A stretch of DNA of 64,000 nucleotides from Eledone cirrhosa (Eukaryota): the NCBI GenBank assembly GCA_964016885.1, contig OZ024740.1, positions 155,062,001-155,126,000 on the forward strand, in the 5' to 3' direction. Within the stretch, counting starts at the first letter, position 1, and each line of letters begins with the position of its first letter. The translations under genes were made by a program, and so were the position numbers. Positions 23,748 through 37,959 of this stretch are shown here, piece after piece. The notes under the pieces were generated by a model, which was given only the letters and a program-made list of their open reading frames with translations, had not been told where the DNA came from and ran no database searches.

Positions 23748-24312
23748 CAGTAGTAATATAATTGTTTCTACTTTTGGCACAAGGCCAGCAATTACCCAGT
23801 GTATTACTGGTACTTTATTTTATCAACCCCGTAAGGATGAAAGGCAAAGTTAACCTCGGCGGGATTTGAACTCAGACCGTAAACGACCGTAACTCTATGC
23901 ATCAAAGCATGGCGTCCGACCCTCTACCGATACTGCCAATCCACCACTCAGTAGTAATATAATAATTGTTTCTACTTTTGGCACAAGACCAGCAATTATC
24001 CCAGTGTATTACTGGTACTTTATTTTATCGACCCCGTAAGGATGAAAGGCAAAGTTAACCAGTAGTAATATAATAATGGTTTCTTATATAGGCACAAGGC
24101 CAGTAATTTGGGGGAGGGGAAAGTCAATTAAATCGACCCCAGTGCGTGACTGGTACTTTATTTTATCGACCCCATAAGGATAAAAAGGCAAAGTTAACCT
24201 CGGTGGGATTTGAGCTCAGATCATAAAGAGCCGTAACTCTATGCTGCAAAGCATGGCGTCCGACCCTCTACCGATACTGCCAATCCACCGCCCTCCAGTA
24301 GTAATATAATAA
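23748..24312 (-). mobile_element. Three tandem tRNA-derived SINE copies
   Basis: Minus strand has A-box-like TGGCAGTATCGG, B-box GAGTTCAAATCC, central GCCTTTCATCCTTACGGGGTCGATAAAATAAAGTACCAG and an (ATT)n tail. Copies are separated by CAGTAGTAATATAAT repeats. Confidence 0.85.
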
Positions 24313-27300
24313 TGATATAATGATATAATATCAACAACAATAATATGTGAGTCAATGTTTATCAAGTTAAGTAGGTGGAGTTTATTTTATCCTGTTTTGT
24401 TGGCAACTAATGTGTTATGATTCATTAGCAACAAAGCTGCAACAATTTAAATAGTTATTGACAAGCAAGAAAGCCAATGAAGAGCTACTTGAACTAAAGA
24501 AATCACAACCAAATTTCACTCAAATCACACCCAGCAATCTTCAAAAAGGGAAACCGCATAAAGTGTAATTTTAGATGCACTAAAAGAAAGGATAGTAATG
24601 ACTGGAAGTTATTGGATCAGAAGCTTGATATTACAGGGCTAACCTAAAGCTAAACAGCAACAAAATAAACAAGCTAATGTAGGGAACCTCTATGTGCATG
24701 ATTGACCTGCTATAAATAGCAAACAGATCTTCAAATCAGTTTACTATTGTATAAAAGAAAAGAAGTGTAGCCCTAGATAACATAGGTGGTTGGATTAAGA
24801 GAGATGGTCATAACTGAAACACCTTTGATCATAGATCTGTTTGTTTAGGGCTGGCCTATTATATGCCCTGACATTGAAGATGTTATTTTTATCTGAAAAT
24901 TTGTCTTAAAAAGTTATCATGCATCATAGAAGATGGAGGTTATATTTTTATAAGCCAATTTTTATCCAAAGGAGAGCTATCATATGCACTATATGATTGT
25001 TGAAGAAGTGTAGAAATTATACTTTATTAAGATTGTAAATATACATTTTAAAAAAACCAAATACATGTCAACACTGGTTGGTAAAGCAAGTGATCAGAAA
25101 TAATTTAGATGTTGTATATTGTGGCCTAGTGGTTAGGGTGTTGGATCATATTGTCATGGGGTTGATTCCTGGACCAGGTTGTATGTTGTTTTCTTGAGAA
25201 AAATACCTCATTTCATGTTTCTCCAAGTATTCTCAACTAAAATTGTATACCAGCAGTAGCTGGGGGTTCAGTTTCCTAACGCCAAGGAAACCAAAGTAAG
25301 CACCGACCTAATGAGCCTCCTGGTTTGAGTCAGAGCTTAGACTGGGGGCTTTTTTTTTTTTTACTGGTATTTTCAGTTTCCTCAAACAGCCCCAACTTTA
25401 AGAGGATATTATTGAGTGACAAAAGAAGTAAAATTACTGTTAAAAAGTTATTTGGTAAAAAGGAAAAAGAATTTGGCTTGAAGTGATCATCAGGATCTAT
25501 ATGTCATTAGCTCTTTTGATATCAATCCACCAAAAATCGGCTCTAGTTCTATGAAACAAAACAATTCATTTTAAAGGGTTCCTATCTAAATTAAAATCTT
25601 TCAATATAATTTTATATAAGAATTATGTTATATTAATATTTTTAGTAAATCCCTTAAAATTCTTCATTAAATAATTGAAATATGGTCACAAAAGAACCAA
25701 ACCGAACCATCATGAAAACATTTTTGTGAAGTATTTGAAAAGGCTGACGCTTAGTTTTTATGTTTATATTTCTGAAATTTTCAATTCAAAATTGGTGTCT
25801 TTACGCCAGGAAAGGTTAATATGGTTAACTACTTTACTAACACTTGGAAACCATCTAAGTCAACCCGCTTTAACTAACATTTTATTCAAACAGAGGCTTA
25901 AATAAGAGAGCTTTTATTTTATTCAAAAGGTGAATGAAATAAGAGTATTACTGTTATCACAAGAAGAGTTGATGATGCATATGTGAATGTTTAGACTCCT
26001 AGTTCAATAACTCTAGCACCTTCAACAACACAGCTATTGTGCCTCTCTTAACTTAAAGAGGATTTTTTTTTTTCTGGAGGGGCATTATTTTCATATCAAT
26101 GTTACTGAATGAAACCCTCTAAACATTAGCTGTCAACAGTAATCTTAAATAATGATTGATTAACTCTACTTTGCATACACAGTTAACAACAAGAGCAACC
26201 ATTGACACCTTCTCTCTCTGACACCAGCAGATATAGCTAAAGACTGATGTTTCATTTCATATAATGCTACATATTAAAAAAACAACTTTGCAAAAGCCTA
26301 AGCGCAGTCTTGCTGACTATATGTAATATACTTCTAGCTGTTTTATAGCTTCCCTGGTTTCCTATTTTCCTTTTCTTATGCATAATCTGCCTTCAATATT
26401 TGAAATTTATTTTTTAAATTTTTATTCCCCTTTTAAAATTTTTCTTTTTTTTACTTGTCTCACTAGCTCTTTTTGATTACCAACTGTACGGAGTACTTAA
26501 TACTTCCTCTAGTGTGCCATGGCTTGCTGGCTCTATACAGACGTTTAAATAAAATAAATAAATAAATGAACGATGAGCAAAATCTGAAATTTATAAGAGG
26601 CTCATTGGATTTGTTTACTATAAAAAAAATAGTCTAAATAATAGGGCATACTCATCCCCCTCCAAGGAAAAAAATGGACATTAGCACCTTCAGAACTCCT
26701 GACTGGCAAGCATGAAGGAATGAGTTCAAATCCAGCAGGTCCTAATGTCCATTATTTTCCGTTGGCGTATACCTTTGACTTGGATTCTTGCATGCTGTCA
26801 ACTTTATTAAAGCATTGAGCTTATCACACCATACGAAAATAAAAGTGAATTATCCCACTTTCATTATATATATATATATATAAATGCAACCTGCCTAGGA
26901 GAGCAGTATCTGAATAAAAACTGGAAAAGGCGACTTGCAAACAACCTCTTGTATTGGTAGTGTGATAAAATGATCTCAGTTCAAGTTGTAAAGTGGTTGG
27001 TGATATGAAGGGTATTTAATCATTAAAAAATCATGACACCCATAACAAAGACAGTTTTCTGTGTGTATCAGTTTCTGAAGGACTGCAACAGATGGTGAAA
27101 TCTGACCAATCCATATCAATATAGAATGACAAGATGTTAAATGATGATAAAATTATATATGTACATGTTTGACTCCATGTCTTCACATCATATTTGATAC
27201 TGCTTGTGCAGGCAGTGATGATTTATGCCATGCAGGCTCAACAGAAGCTATGGTTGATATCAGAAATGACGTCCAGGAGTAGAATACCATCTTTAAAATG

Positions 27301-27379
27301 TCTCACTCAGCTCATGCTAGCATTGAAAAAGCTGACAAAGCATACAATGATTTACACATACACACACGAAAGATATAAA

Positions 27380-27559
27380 TTAACCCTTTAGCATTTAAAC
27401 CGGCCAGAATTCTCTCACTTCTTTCTGTTCAAACTGGCTGTAACTGGTCACTCATACTGATGTTGAGGTATTGATCTCAAAATAAATAATATTAACATCT
27501 CATAGATTCCATGAAAATATAATAGTAAATATAGAGTAATGTAAATGCTAAAGGGTTAA
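27380..27559. mobile_element. piggyBac-like MITE family A
   Basis: TTAA TSD and perfect TIRs; reverse orientation with internal deletions. Confidence 0.85.
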
Positions 27560-29174
27560 GAAATAAAAGATGTATGTTTATATAAATATATGCATGAATG
27601 CAAGTGTATGAGTGTATGTGTGAATATGTTTTTACTTTGCACCAATCTTTTCTCTAACAGTCCATTCTCACCCTTTAGCATTCAGACTACCTAGTTGAGA
27701 AACGGGTCCAACCACTACTTTGATGTTTGGTGATCAATCATAGCAGGTGCTGCCCAACTACACAATCAACAGCTACAATGATATACAAATATCCAGACTT
27801 TCAGGGTTTAAATAAGAGAGAAGAAACAAGAAAGAAACAAAGCTACCATGGGAAAATAAATGGGGTGGGGAAAGGGCTAAAAATGAAGTATATTAATTAT
27901 AAAGAAGTACATCCTCTTGAGCTCATTACTTATTGAAAAGAACAGAGTATAAAGTATCTATTGTTTAGTCCCAGCCCTTAACCAGTCAAGACTAATCAAG
28001 TAGACCTGATCAAAGACATTTTCACTATCATTGAGAATGAAGAAAATGAAAATATCTCACCAGATTCATTGTTCATATACACCCTAGGCTTAGGATTCCA
28101 TCCCTGGTTCGCTCATGTATGTATGTGTATATCATTAATATATATATTATGCACACACACACCAACCCTTGCTCACAGGGAGATCAGGCATTAAAAGATG
28201 GCGATATTTGAGTGGAACATGCAAAATGAATTTGGTGAATCAGACAAGATATTTTCATTTTCTTTAAATGAGATCTATTGTCAATGATATCCAACATTTT
28301 AGTTATGACCATACTATTCTTTTTTTCAGAATTATATATAGTTTATTTGGGGCTACATTATCCAATGAGCTGTTTATTTTTTATTTAAAGTTGGTTGGGT
28401 GTGAGTTGAGTGAAATTTGGCTACTATTTCTATCAAGTTGAGCAACTGCATTAGAGGTTCCCTCATTGGTATGATTATAAGGTAACTAGTAGGTATAAAA
28501 GAGGTAGCACAGTGGCAATTGTTTTGCCTAGAAATACATGGCTTAATCCTTTTGATATCAAACCAATCAAAACTGCCCCTAAGTTATATTTATGTAAATA
28601 TTTATTAAGATATGTTTCAAACACTTGTTTAATAGTGAGAAATTTAGATATATTACTTAATTGCTCTAAATTCTTTGAAAATAATTGGCAGTATTTTTCA
28701 TTAAAAATATAACAGAAGTGTTAATGCTTATCAGAGACTTTCAACTTATTTTAAGATAAATTATTTTTAATTCATTTTAGTTTCATTATTCATCATCAGC
28801 ATCATGGTTTTTATGTCCACTTTTCCACGAATGTCCTTCCTGATGCTAATGCTTAATTGTGTAAGCTCAATACTTTAGTCCACTGAGATGTAGGACATAT
28901 AGTTTATGCAGAACATAACCAAACACAATTGGGTATCAACGTGAAGAGATGTGAAGGCAAATGTGAATACATATGCAAACTCATACCCATACCATTCTAT
29001 TCAGCTAACATGACTACAAGTAATCAATATATATATATCATGAATATTTTGTGATGGAAGGATGTTTTAGCTGACAATATTTTGTATATTTTATGAGGTC
29101 TCTAACAACACTGAGTGGAAATTATATTTAATAACAATTCTTTGAGTCAATGCTCGGATTATAATATATAGATA

Positions 29175-31345
29175 CATCATCATAATTATTTTTATGTCCA
29201 TTTTTCCATGCTTTCATGGGTTGGATGAGTCCTTTTCAACAAAGCATCTCTCCACTCACCACATTCCTTTGTCTTCTCCTTTGTGAGCCTCAGTGATTTG
29301 AGATCAGCTCTCACCACCTCTGCCTAGGTCTTCCTTGGTCTACCTCTACTTCTTCACTTAATGATCATCACTTATATGCATCACATGTCCATACCATCGC
29401 AGTCTTCTCTCTTGCACACCACTTCAGATTTTTCTTAATCCCAGTTTCTCCCTCGCCTTTCTCTCCTATTTACTTTGCACATCCAATGAAGCATGGTTGC
29501 TTCATTCCTCTCCAGCCTACACATGTCCTCTGCAGTCACTGACCATGTTTCACTACAATGCAGCATTGCATTTCACACAGTGTCATACAGTCATCCTTTT
29601 GTACACAGGGAGAAATTTGTTGTCCTCAATAGTGGGAGTAGCTCTATAAACTTCATCTTATCCTTATTCTAGCTATTATGCTCTCAGAGTACCCTCCTCC
29701 ACTGCTAATTAAGTCACCTAGATAGCAGAAGCTATCAACCACTTCTATGAATCCGTCATGTGATTGGAAAAGATTTATATCACTGATGCTCTTCCCTTCA
29801 ATTACCCATGTGCATCTTTTGCATACAAAGTTTTACCTTCCTGTTAGTCTACCTCATATCCCACCATATCTTTTGTGTATCCAAGATTTACATTGTGTAT
29901 ATTGTATATCATATATGCCTATTCCTTTTTTACATTTTGAGCACAGCCACTTCTCTGAGGTAATCAGAGTCCTATTTACTTTCCTACTTACTAGCATGTT
30001 AGTTTTGGCTAAGTTTATTCTCAGACCTTTTGATTCCAGCTTCTGTTTCCACAGTCAGAACTTAGTCTCTTGACTGTTTCCCTAATTAGCTATGCTATAA
30101 CTCTTTCCGTAACTTCCATAACTTGGTCCATTAGTTTTATTCCTCTATAGTTCCTCCTTTCTAGAGCATCGCCTTTGCCCTTGTATCAATTTATGATAGT
30201 ACTACTGCACCAGCCAGTCATTGGGTATGACTGTCCAATATTACCTGAATTACTATGTGGGTTACTAGGTCAACTGCTACATATGATGCATCTCAGCAAC
30301 TACCTCTGTTGATCCCACAGCTTTACCAATCTTCATCTCCTTGATTGCTTCTTTCACTCTATAACTCATCTTCAATAGCTGGTCCTTCTGTTGGGTAAGT
30401 TGGTTGTAGTCTCAACTCATCCCATTCATCAGTCTCTCATAGTAGCATTTCCAGGTCTCTCTTTCTCTTTTTAACATCAGTGGTTCTAAGTCACTAGTGT
30501 CATTTCTAACACACTTTTCCCCAATAACATCCCAATTCACATTGACACACTGCCTTGCAGTGCAGAACACTTCATGTCTCAAAATATTGGCAAACTTTCT
30601 TTTTTTAGCCTCTCTCTGAACTGTCTATGCCTGTCATCTAGCTTCTCTCTTAGCTACTCCTATTTTTCTAGTCTTTCCCTGCCTGTCTCTTGGCTTTAAT
30701 GGCTCTACCCACAGTGCTGTTCCACCATCAGGTCACCTTCTGGCTGACACTTTACTCCATTTGTCTGAGTAGTCTAGTATACATCCACTTTTCTCCTTTC
30801 TAACATCACCGCAATTTCACCTGATTTACCTTTCAGGGTGCCAATATCGAGGGTGGCAGTCCAGAGATTTGTATCTTGACAGTTGTTAGATACTTGAGTA
30901 GAAGTTCCATTTACTCGGAAGGGAAAAAAGACTGTGCAATTGCTTGATTCTCGCACATGGCGATTCTAATCACTGCACTACTGTGCACAGCACTAACATA
31001 ACTAGTGTTAGCTCTGTATAGGCAATTAGTGTGAATCTCATTTGTTGTGTTTTCCATAATTTGGGTAAAGTAATTTTTCTGGCTGGATGCCCTTCCTATC
31101 ACCAACAACTTTACAGTGTGAACTCAGTGCATTATTCATGCCACCAGCATTAAAGAGGTTGTCTTTACTGGAGTACTCTCCAGCTTGTATCAGTTCTTAT
31201 TTCGAATGTCTACTCTCATAGATGAGTTACTTCTCTATAGCTTACAGAGTCCACGTCTACCCAGTGTAGTTATTTTTGTTCAGAATCACTGCCCTCCTAG
31301 ATGGGTTGCCTTCCCTATGGCTTACTGAGTCCACGTCTACTCCAC
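29175..31345 (-). mobile_element. Old internally deleted RTE LINE retaining 5' UTR and APE N-terminus
   Basis: Minus 30890-30774 reads LWTATLDIGTLKGKSGEIAVMLERRKVDV (APE start). Decayed linker, RT and PHD segments follow, with a (GAT)n-like tail at ~29175 and a duplicated 5'-UTR-like motif at 31180-31340. Confidence 0.85.
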
Positions 31346-31544
31346 TTTAACAAACTCTATGCTGTACCTTCCTTTCTATCTCCCCTTGCTAGACATTTAT
31401 ATATAATTAATTGGACTTGAACAAGGTTTTTTTTTTATTACCATTTGTATGTTTTCCTCTCATTCTGCTAGAATCACATGTAAGATAGATAAAATGTCTG
31501 AATATTTTTATCTTGGATATTCATCTATATATATATATATATAT

Positions 31545-32077
31545 GGCCATAGCATCTAGAATAAGGACAGGATGGAAGAAGTTTAGGGAGCTGCTTCCTC
31601 TGTTGACAATGAAAGGTTTCTCCCTATGAACGTAAGGTCGGTTGTAGGATGCCTGTGGTCTGCGCGATGCTGCATGGTAGTGAGACATGGGCAGCAACTG
31701 CGGAGGATATGCGAAGGCTGGAGAGAAATAAAGCAAGCATGCTCCGATGGATGTGCGTGAACAATCAAGCATGGATGAGTTGAGAGTGAAACTGTGTATA
31801 AGAGGCATAAACTGTAGTGTGTGAGAAAGAAGACTGCATTGGTATGGCGATCTGATGCACATGGAAGATGACCAGTGGGTGAAGAAGTGCCAAGACATCC
31901 CGGTGGAAGGAAGTCGCAGCAGAGGAAGACCACAAAAAACATAGATGGAGGTGGTGAGAGCTGACCTCAGATCGCTGAAGCTCACAGAGGAGATGACGAG
32001 GCACCGTGACTAATGGAGAGATGCTGTGTTGAAGAGGACCCGTCCAACCTTTGCAAGCAGGAAAAGCGGACGTAAAA
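31545..32077 (+). mobile_element. RTE LINE 3' fragment (older subfamily)
   Basis: Decayed GWKKFRELLPLL...MLHGSETWA...RRLHWYG coding remnant with a terminal ...GGACGTAAAAC motif. Starts after (TA)n. Confidence 0.85.
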
Positions 32078-33986
32078 CACCCATATAGGTAACCAAGTAA
32101 TACAGAATGGGGTCATACTGAAAGACTGGCGTAGCAGCATCATCATTAACTGCTACAAGGGTAAAGGGGATGCTCTAGATAAGGGAAACTATAGAGGCAT
32201 TAAGTTAGTTGACCAGGTCATGAAGGTCACAGAAAGAGTTATAGCGCAACTAATCAGAGAGCGAATTGATCTAGATGAAATGCAGTTTGGGTTTGTGTCA
32301 GGTAAAAGTACCACAGACGCTCTTTTCCTTGTACAACAACTACAAGAGAAGTACCTAGCTAAAAATAAACCCCTCTACTTAGCTTTTGTAGACCTGGAGA
32401 AAGCTTTTGACAGAGTCCCCCGCTCCATTATCTGGTGGGCTCTTAGAAAACTAGGTGTAGATGAATGGCTTGTGAGAGCTATACAAGCTATGTATAATGA
32501 AACAGTCAGTAAGGTTAGAATTAATAATGAATATTGTGAAGAATTTAGTGTAAAAGTTGGCGTTCATCAAGGCTCTGTCCTTAGCCCCCTCTTATTTATT
32601 ATTGCCCTTCAGGCTATAACAGAGGAGTTCAAGACCGGCTGCCCATGGGAACTCCTATACGCAGATGATCTAACGCTCATAGCTGAATCAATGGCTGAAC
32701 TAGAAAAGAAATTCCAAACATGGAAGCATGGCCTAGAATCAAAAGGCCTTAAAGTTAACTTATCTGAGACTAAAGTCCTAGTTTGTAGAAAGGAAAATAA
32801 GGCACAGGTACCCTCAGGGTAATGGCCTTGCTCAGTGTGTAGGAAAGGAGTAGGTAGAAATTCAATTTTATGTTCCAAATGCAAAGTATGGGTACATAAA
32901 AGATGTAGTGGGATCACAGGTAAACTATCTAAGAATGTAGACTTTATATGTGGCCGATGTTCAGGTGCAACAGGTAGCAAGTGTCCACAGGATACTAGCC
33001 CCTTCTATTGCCCAGATGGTTCTATAGAAATAGTAGACATTTTCTGTTACCTGGGTGACGAAATCAGCAGTGGTGGAGGGTGTTCTGAAGGTACAGTAGC
33101 CAGAGTCAGAACGGGACGGAAAAAGTTCAGAGAGCTTATACAGCTGTTGGCCACAAAAGGTTTCTCTCTAAAAATGAAAGGCAGATTGTATGATGCTTGT
33201 ATACGAACAGCAATGCTACATGGCAGTGAGACATGGGCATTGCGTGCAGATGACCTGCGTAGACTGGAAAGGAACGAAGAATGCATGCTCCGTTGGATGT
33301 GTAATAGTAATATACGTGAACGGCAAAGCATAAATGAACTAAGTGAGAAATTAAGAAAAAGAGGGATCAGATGCTGTTTACTCGAGAGAAGATTACGTTG
33401 GTATGGCCACGTGATGCGCATGAAAGACGACAGCTGTATAAAAAAGTGCAGAGCGATCAAAATTGATGGTAGTTATGGAGTAGGTAGACCCAGAAAAACC
33501 TGGGACGATCTGATAAATTCCGACCTTACACACTTGCATCTCTCTAAGACAATGTCACTGGACTGATCTCTTTGGCGCTACGCAGTAATACAGAAGACCC
33601 GCCTTGCCTATGTACAAAGTGAAACCTACAGTCAGTAGGCACCTCTTAAACAAATATACACCCCAACCTCTCTCTCTGTAAAGTTGGTACCACAACATCC
33701 AGTTCAAATAAATGAGATAAATGAGATCGAGATTGTGTGTCACGAGAAAAAAAACACACAGTGCCCGCTGTAATGTGGCCATGTAGGTAACACGGTAAAA
33801 AGTTCCCAGTTCCCCACTGTAAATGTGGTTGGTGTTAGGAAGGGCATCCAGCCGTAGAAAACTTGCCAGATAGTCCTATATGAGCGAGACACGGTCACCC
33901 GACCAACCTTGCCTCAAGTGGGACAACTCCCGTCTAACCCATGCTAGCATGGAAAGTGGACGTTAAACGAAGATGATGATGATGAT
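32078..33986 (+). mobile_element. RTE-clade LINE, 5'-truncated
   Basis: ORFs 32220-32822 and 32835-33566 are separated by a premature TAA. RT motifs are present. 3' UTR ends in (GAT)n followed by (TA)n. Confidence 0.95.
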
Positions 33987-34002
33987 ATATATATATATAT
34001 AT

Positions 34003-34197
34003 AACGAAGGAGGTGTGGTAAGGAACCAGATGGACCATAACGCACCAGGGTACTCAATACTTAGGGTAGTAGAGTGGGTAATAGGAAAATGTTTAACCCC
34101 GATGGCAGAGCTCAAGCCGTTTCGACGGCTATTTCTGGACTTGAAATAGCCGTTGAAACAGCTTGAGCTCTGCCGACGGGGTTAAACATTTTCCTAT
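34003..34197 (+). mobile_element. Unclassified (TA)n-embedded head-plus-palindrome element, type 1
   Basis: Unique head of about 78 bp followed by a palindrome at 34081-34197. A second copy in reverse lies at 53366-53624. Confidence 0.7.
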
Positions 34198-34250
34198 ATA
34201 TATATAAAATTAAGGATGGTATGCCAAAAGGGGTCAGGAAATAACCATGG

Positions 34251-34479
34251 TTAACCCTTTAGCATTTAAACTGGCCGTATCCAGCCAAAATTCTCTCACC
34301 CATTTCTGTTCAAACTGGCTATAACCGGCTGCTCATACTTATGCTAAGGTATTGTTCTCAAAATAAATAATATCAAAATTTCGTTGATTCGGTATTATGT
34401 GAGGTAATTATGTGAAATAAAGTGTTTACCGTGAAAATATAAGAGTAAATATAGAGTAATGTAAACGGTAAAGGGTTAA
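34251..34479. mobile_element. piggyBac-like MITE family A
   Basis: TTAA TSD and TIRs; full length. Confidence 0.85.
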
Positions 34480-35141
34480 ATAAGTACTTAATACGTTAGT
34501 AGGGAGTAAGCATATATCTATGCGAGCAAGACAACCACTCTTGCCTCAAGTGGGAAAACTCCCGTCCAAACCCATGCAAGCGTGGAAGCTGGACGTTAAA
34601 CGATGATGATGATGATGATGATGATGATTTTTAAATACAAATGACTTCTACAGGACTAGAACTGTTTCATTTGTATGAAATAATCAATGATTTCATACAA
34701 CTAAAACACTAGTTCTGCAGAAGTTAATTCTATATAAAACATATCTATATGTGAATGAAGGAATTTAATAATGCTAATTATGAATATCAACACTATTAAA
34801 TCCTCTAATATTTAGTCTGCTGCCATACTGTTTCTGTTATTCCACTGACTCCATATCATGAAATAAGAAATTGCTCTGGAGCAATGTTTCCTTCATATAT
34901 TGACAGAAAAATACTTATTACCATACAACCCCTTTTAGAGATTTGCATTGAATTAACCAGTTTTATTTGCAAGAAATAAGACTGAAATTTCAATACTAAT
35001 AATGATTTGACTATTTGTCTCCCGATTTCTAGAATAGATACCTCTTATAACATGCAAGAATACAGTGTAACTAAAGGAGTCAGTAAAGGTAACTGCTTCA
35101 TTAAGCCTCATCCAACCTATGCCTGCATGACAAAGCAGACA

Positions 35142-35325
35142 TTAACCCTATATATACTATTGTATTTTTGTGGTAAAGACTTTATCTTACATAATTATCT
35201 CACATAATATTGAATCTACGAGATTTTGACATTATTTCTTTTGAGAACAATACCTTAACATAATTATGAGCAGCTGGTTATGAAAGAAGTGACAGAATTC
35301 TGGCCGGATATGGCCGGTTTAAAAT
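35142..35325. mobile_element. piggyBac-like MITE family A, deleted copy
   Basis: Internal sequence matches family A; termini are partly lost. Confidence 0.7.
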
Positions 35326-37959
35326 GATGATGGTTTGAAAGTTCAATACAGATTTTGTTAAGTATCTTAATTGAACTGAGCTCCAGACTTTATTTCATTG
35401 AGACTCTCCCCTCCAAACAAACACAAGATGAAACACAAAGTCAAATTCATTATTTGCCTGGCATTCTGTTTACTGTTAGAAAATAAAAAGCTGAAACTAA
35501 TGAATTTCTTAAAGAAAATTAAAAGATGAAAGGGAAATGGTTACAACTGTAAATTGAAACTGAGCCTCAGATTTATCTATTGCCCACATGATTTATTTAT
35601 GAAATACCGGAAAAGTATTGAAGGAAATAATGGGATTTTTTAAGAAGTAGAATTAACACTTTCAATTTTCATGATAAACTACCCATTATTTTCAAATAAT
35701 TTTTTAAATTATCAAGATTTTGGAAGCATTTAGTACTCTATCTTTTTCATTAAGCTGCTGTTTGGAACGTAAATTTTCTTACATAAAATTATGATGGCAA
35801 GTTTTTAGATAAATATTATTACTTTAAAATAAACAGTTTTGAATAATAACATCAAGAGTGATTTCAGGCAGCTTGCTATCAAGTGTTAAAGAGCTTTCTA
35901 AGAGCAGAATTAACATAGGAAAATGTTACAGATAAAAATATAGCTGATCAGACTACCTTCTCTTTAAAAAGAAAGATAAATGCAGTGTTTACAGAGCTTA
36001 AATAGTCAATGTGTTCCAAGTCATCACTGATCCAGCAGACCTATTCTTAATGACATTTTAAACATGATCATTACATCTTTTTGAGGCACATAGGGCTACA
36101 TTAAATGATGTATTGTTCCACTTTTAGGATTATTTTGAGAGAGAAATAAAGAATATTTTTAGCAGGTTAAGAAATTGAGCAGAGGATCCATCTTTACAGA
36201 GTTTAAAGTAAAGCAAAAGGAGAAAGTTTATGTAAAGAATTGGAGTATTGTATGTTTTGCCACCAATTTCACTGAGTTTTCAAAACTCACACAAGAATTA
36301 GATAGAGAGAAGATAGAAATAAATGTTTTAAATATTTTTCCAATGACAATAAAACAAGAATATGTAATATGGAGGCGAAAACATGCAAAACTTATTTGAA
36401 ATATAAGTGATATGTAACATTTTCCAGGTAAACATAGGTACAGATTGTCTTCAATCATACTACATAGTTAATTTTTGGGGATGGTGAAAGTCTTTTTTGA
36501 GCTTAGAGGCACATGACATTACAGTTAACCCAGCGTAATGTGGGTTTATGTAACGGAGAGTAAAAGAATCACCCTCTTGGATAGGACACCTGTCTATCGC
36601 AAGGTTAATCTCCAGTTGCTGCTGGTATTCCTTTGTCCAGCCAAGTAGAATGGAGCAACATGAAATTAAGTGCTTTACTCAAGGACAACGTATTACCCAG
36701 TTCAAGGGCAGAACCCATGACCTTACAATCATTAGATCAACACCTTAACCACTAGAGCATGCACCATGTACTTATGGGAAGTGAAGTAAATTTTTAATGA
36801 TGCATAAAATTCTGGTTTGTCATTTTATACTAGCAATTTCCTTAACAAATCATATATCTTCTCAAATGAACAGAATTATTTTTACAGCACCATAACCCTT
36901 TTGATACCAACCTGTCTGAAATTGACCCTCGATTTAAAATACAAGACTGCTTAGTTTAAAATATTTATATTTATCTAAAAATGTTCCATCATAATTTTGT
37001 AAGAACCTTTGTTAAGTTATTTTCAAATGCTAACTTAATAATGAGGAAGTTATATTACTAAATCCCTTTAAGTTCTTGATTATTTTCAAAATTGTTTAAA
37101 AACGATAGGCAGTGTCTTTCATTAGAAATATGGTAAAGAAATGGTTAAACAGCATTTATAACATTTATTGTTGAAAATATAAAACGTTTGTTAAAACTGG
37201 AGACTTGGGAAGTGTTTAATTATAAAATATAAGCCATTTGGGCTAATGGGATTGCAAGTGGAAAGTCATAGGGCTTAAAGACTAACATAGGAAAATGACC
37301 AAGATAACCTTTTATAATTCAACTATTAGTCAGAAAACCAAAAAAAATGCAATATTAACAATGCTGACAGATTAAACCCATGATAGTATAGATAAAATAT
37401 ATGACAAAAAATGTATCAGAATATAACCAAATGTCATTGCAACATTTGCTACATGTGATGAGCTTGCCTGTGGTTTCATTCACAAGGCTATTAGTCAGTT
37501 TGAGGCTATATAGTAGAAGACATTTGCTTATGGTGCCACACAGTCAGTTCAAACTCAAAACTACTAAGTTGAGAAGTAAACTTCTTAACCATATTGTTGT
37601 GTCTCCATTTGCATGCATCAATCAAACAGGTCTTTCCAGAACGCTGTACACTAATAGCAACATCAAAACCATTTAGAATATTAAAAATGAATTATTTTGC
37701 TGCCTCTTTGAAACAAAAGAATCCACAAATGTAGTCATGCAAGAGTACAATCTTAGCAATGAATGTGCAGTTACCTTATACATATGCACATATTTACATA
37801 TATACCACATATACAGACATACACACACAACAGATATAGATAATGATGATATATAGTGAACCTGGAGTGTGAGGAGTTCTAAGAAAGCTGGAACGTTAGT
37901 AAAGAAAAAGCTTCTTTGCATACTGGCTTACTTTTTATAAACTGTGTGAACATAAACAT

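Noticed and set aside
24180-24293. tRNA genes suggested by A/B-box motifs
   Set aside because: These are SINE heads with extended box spacing followed by SINE body; no cloverleaf can be formed.
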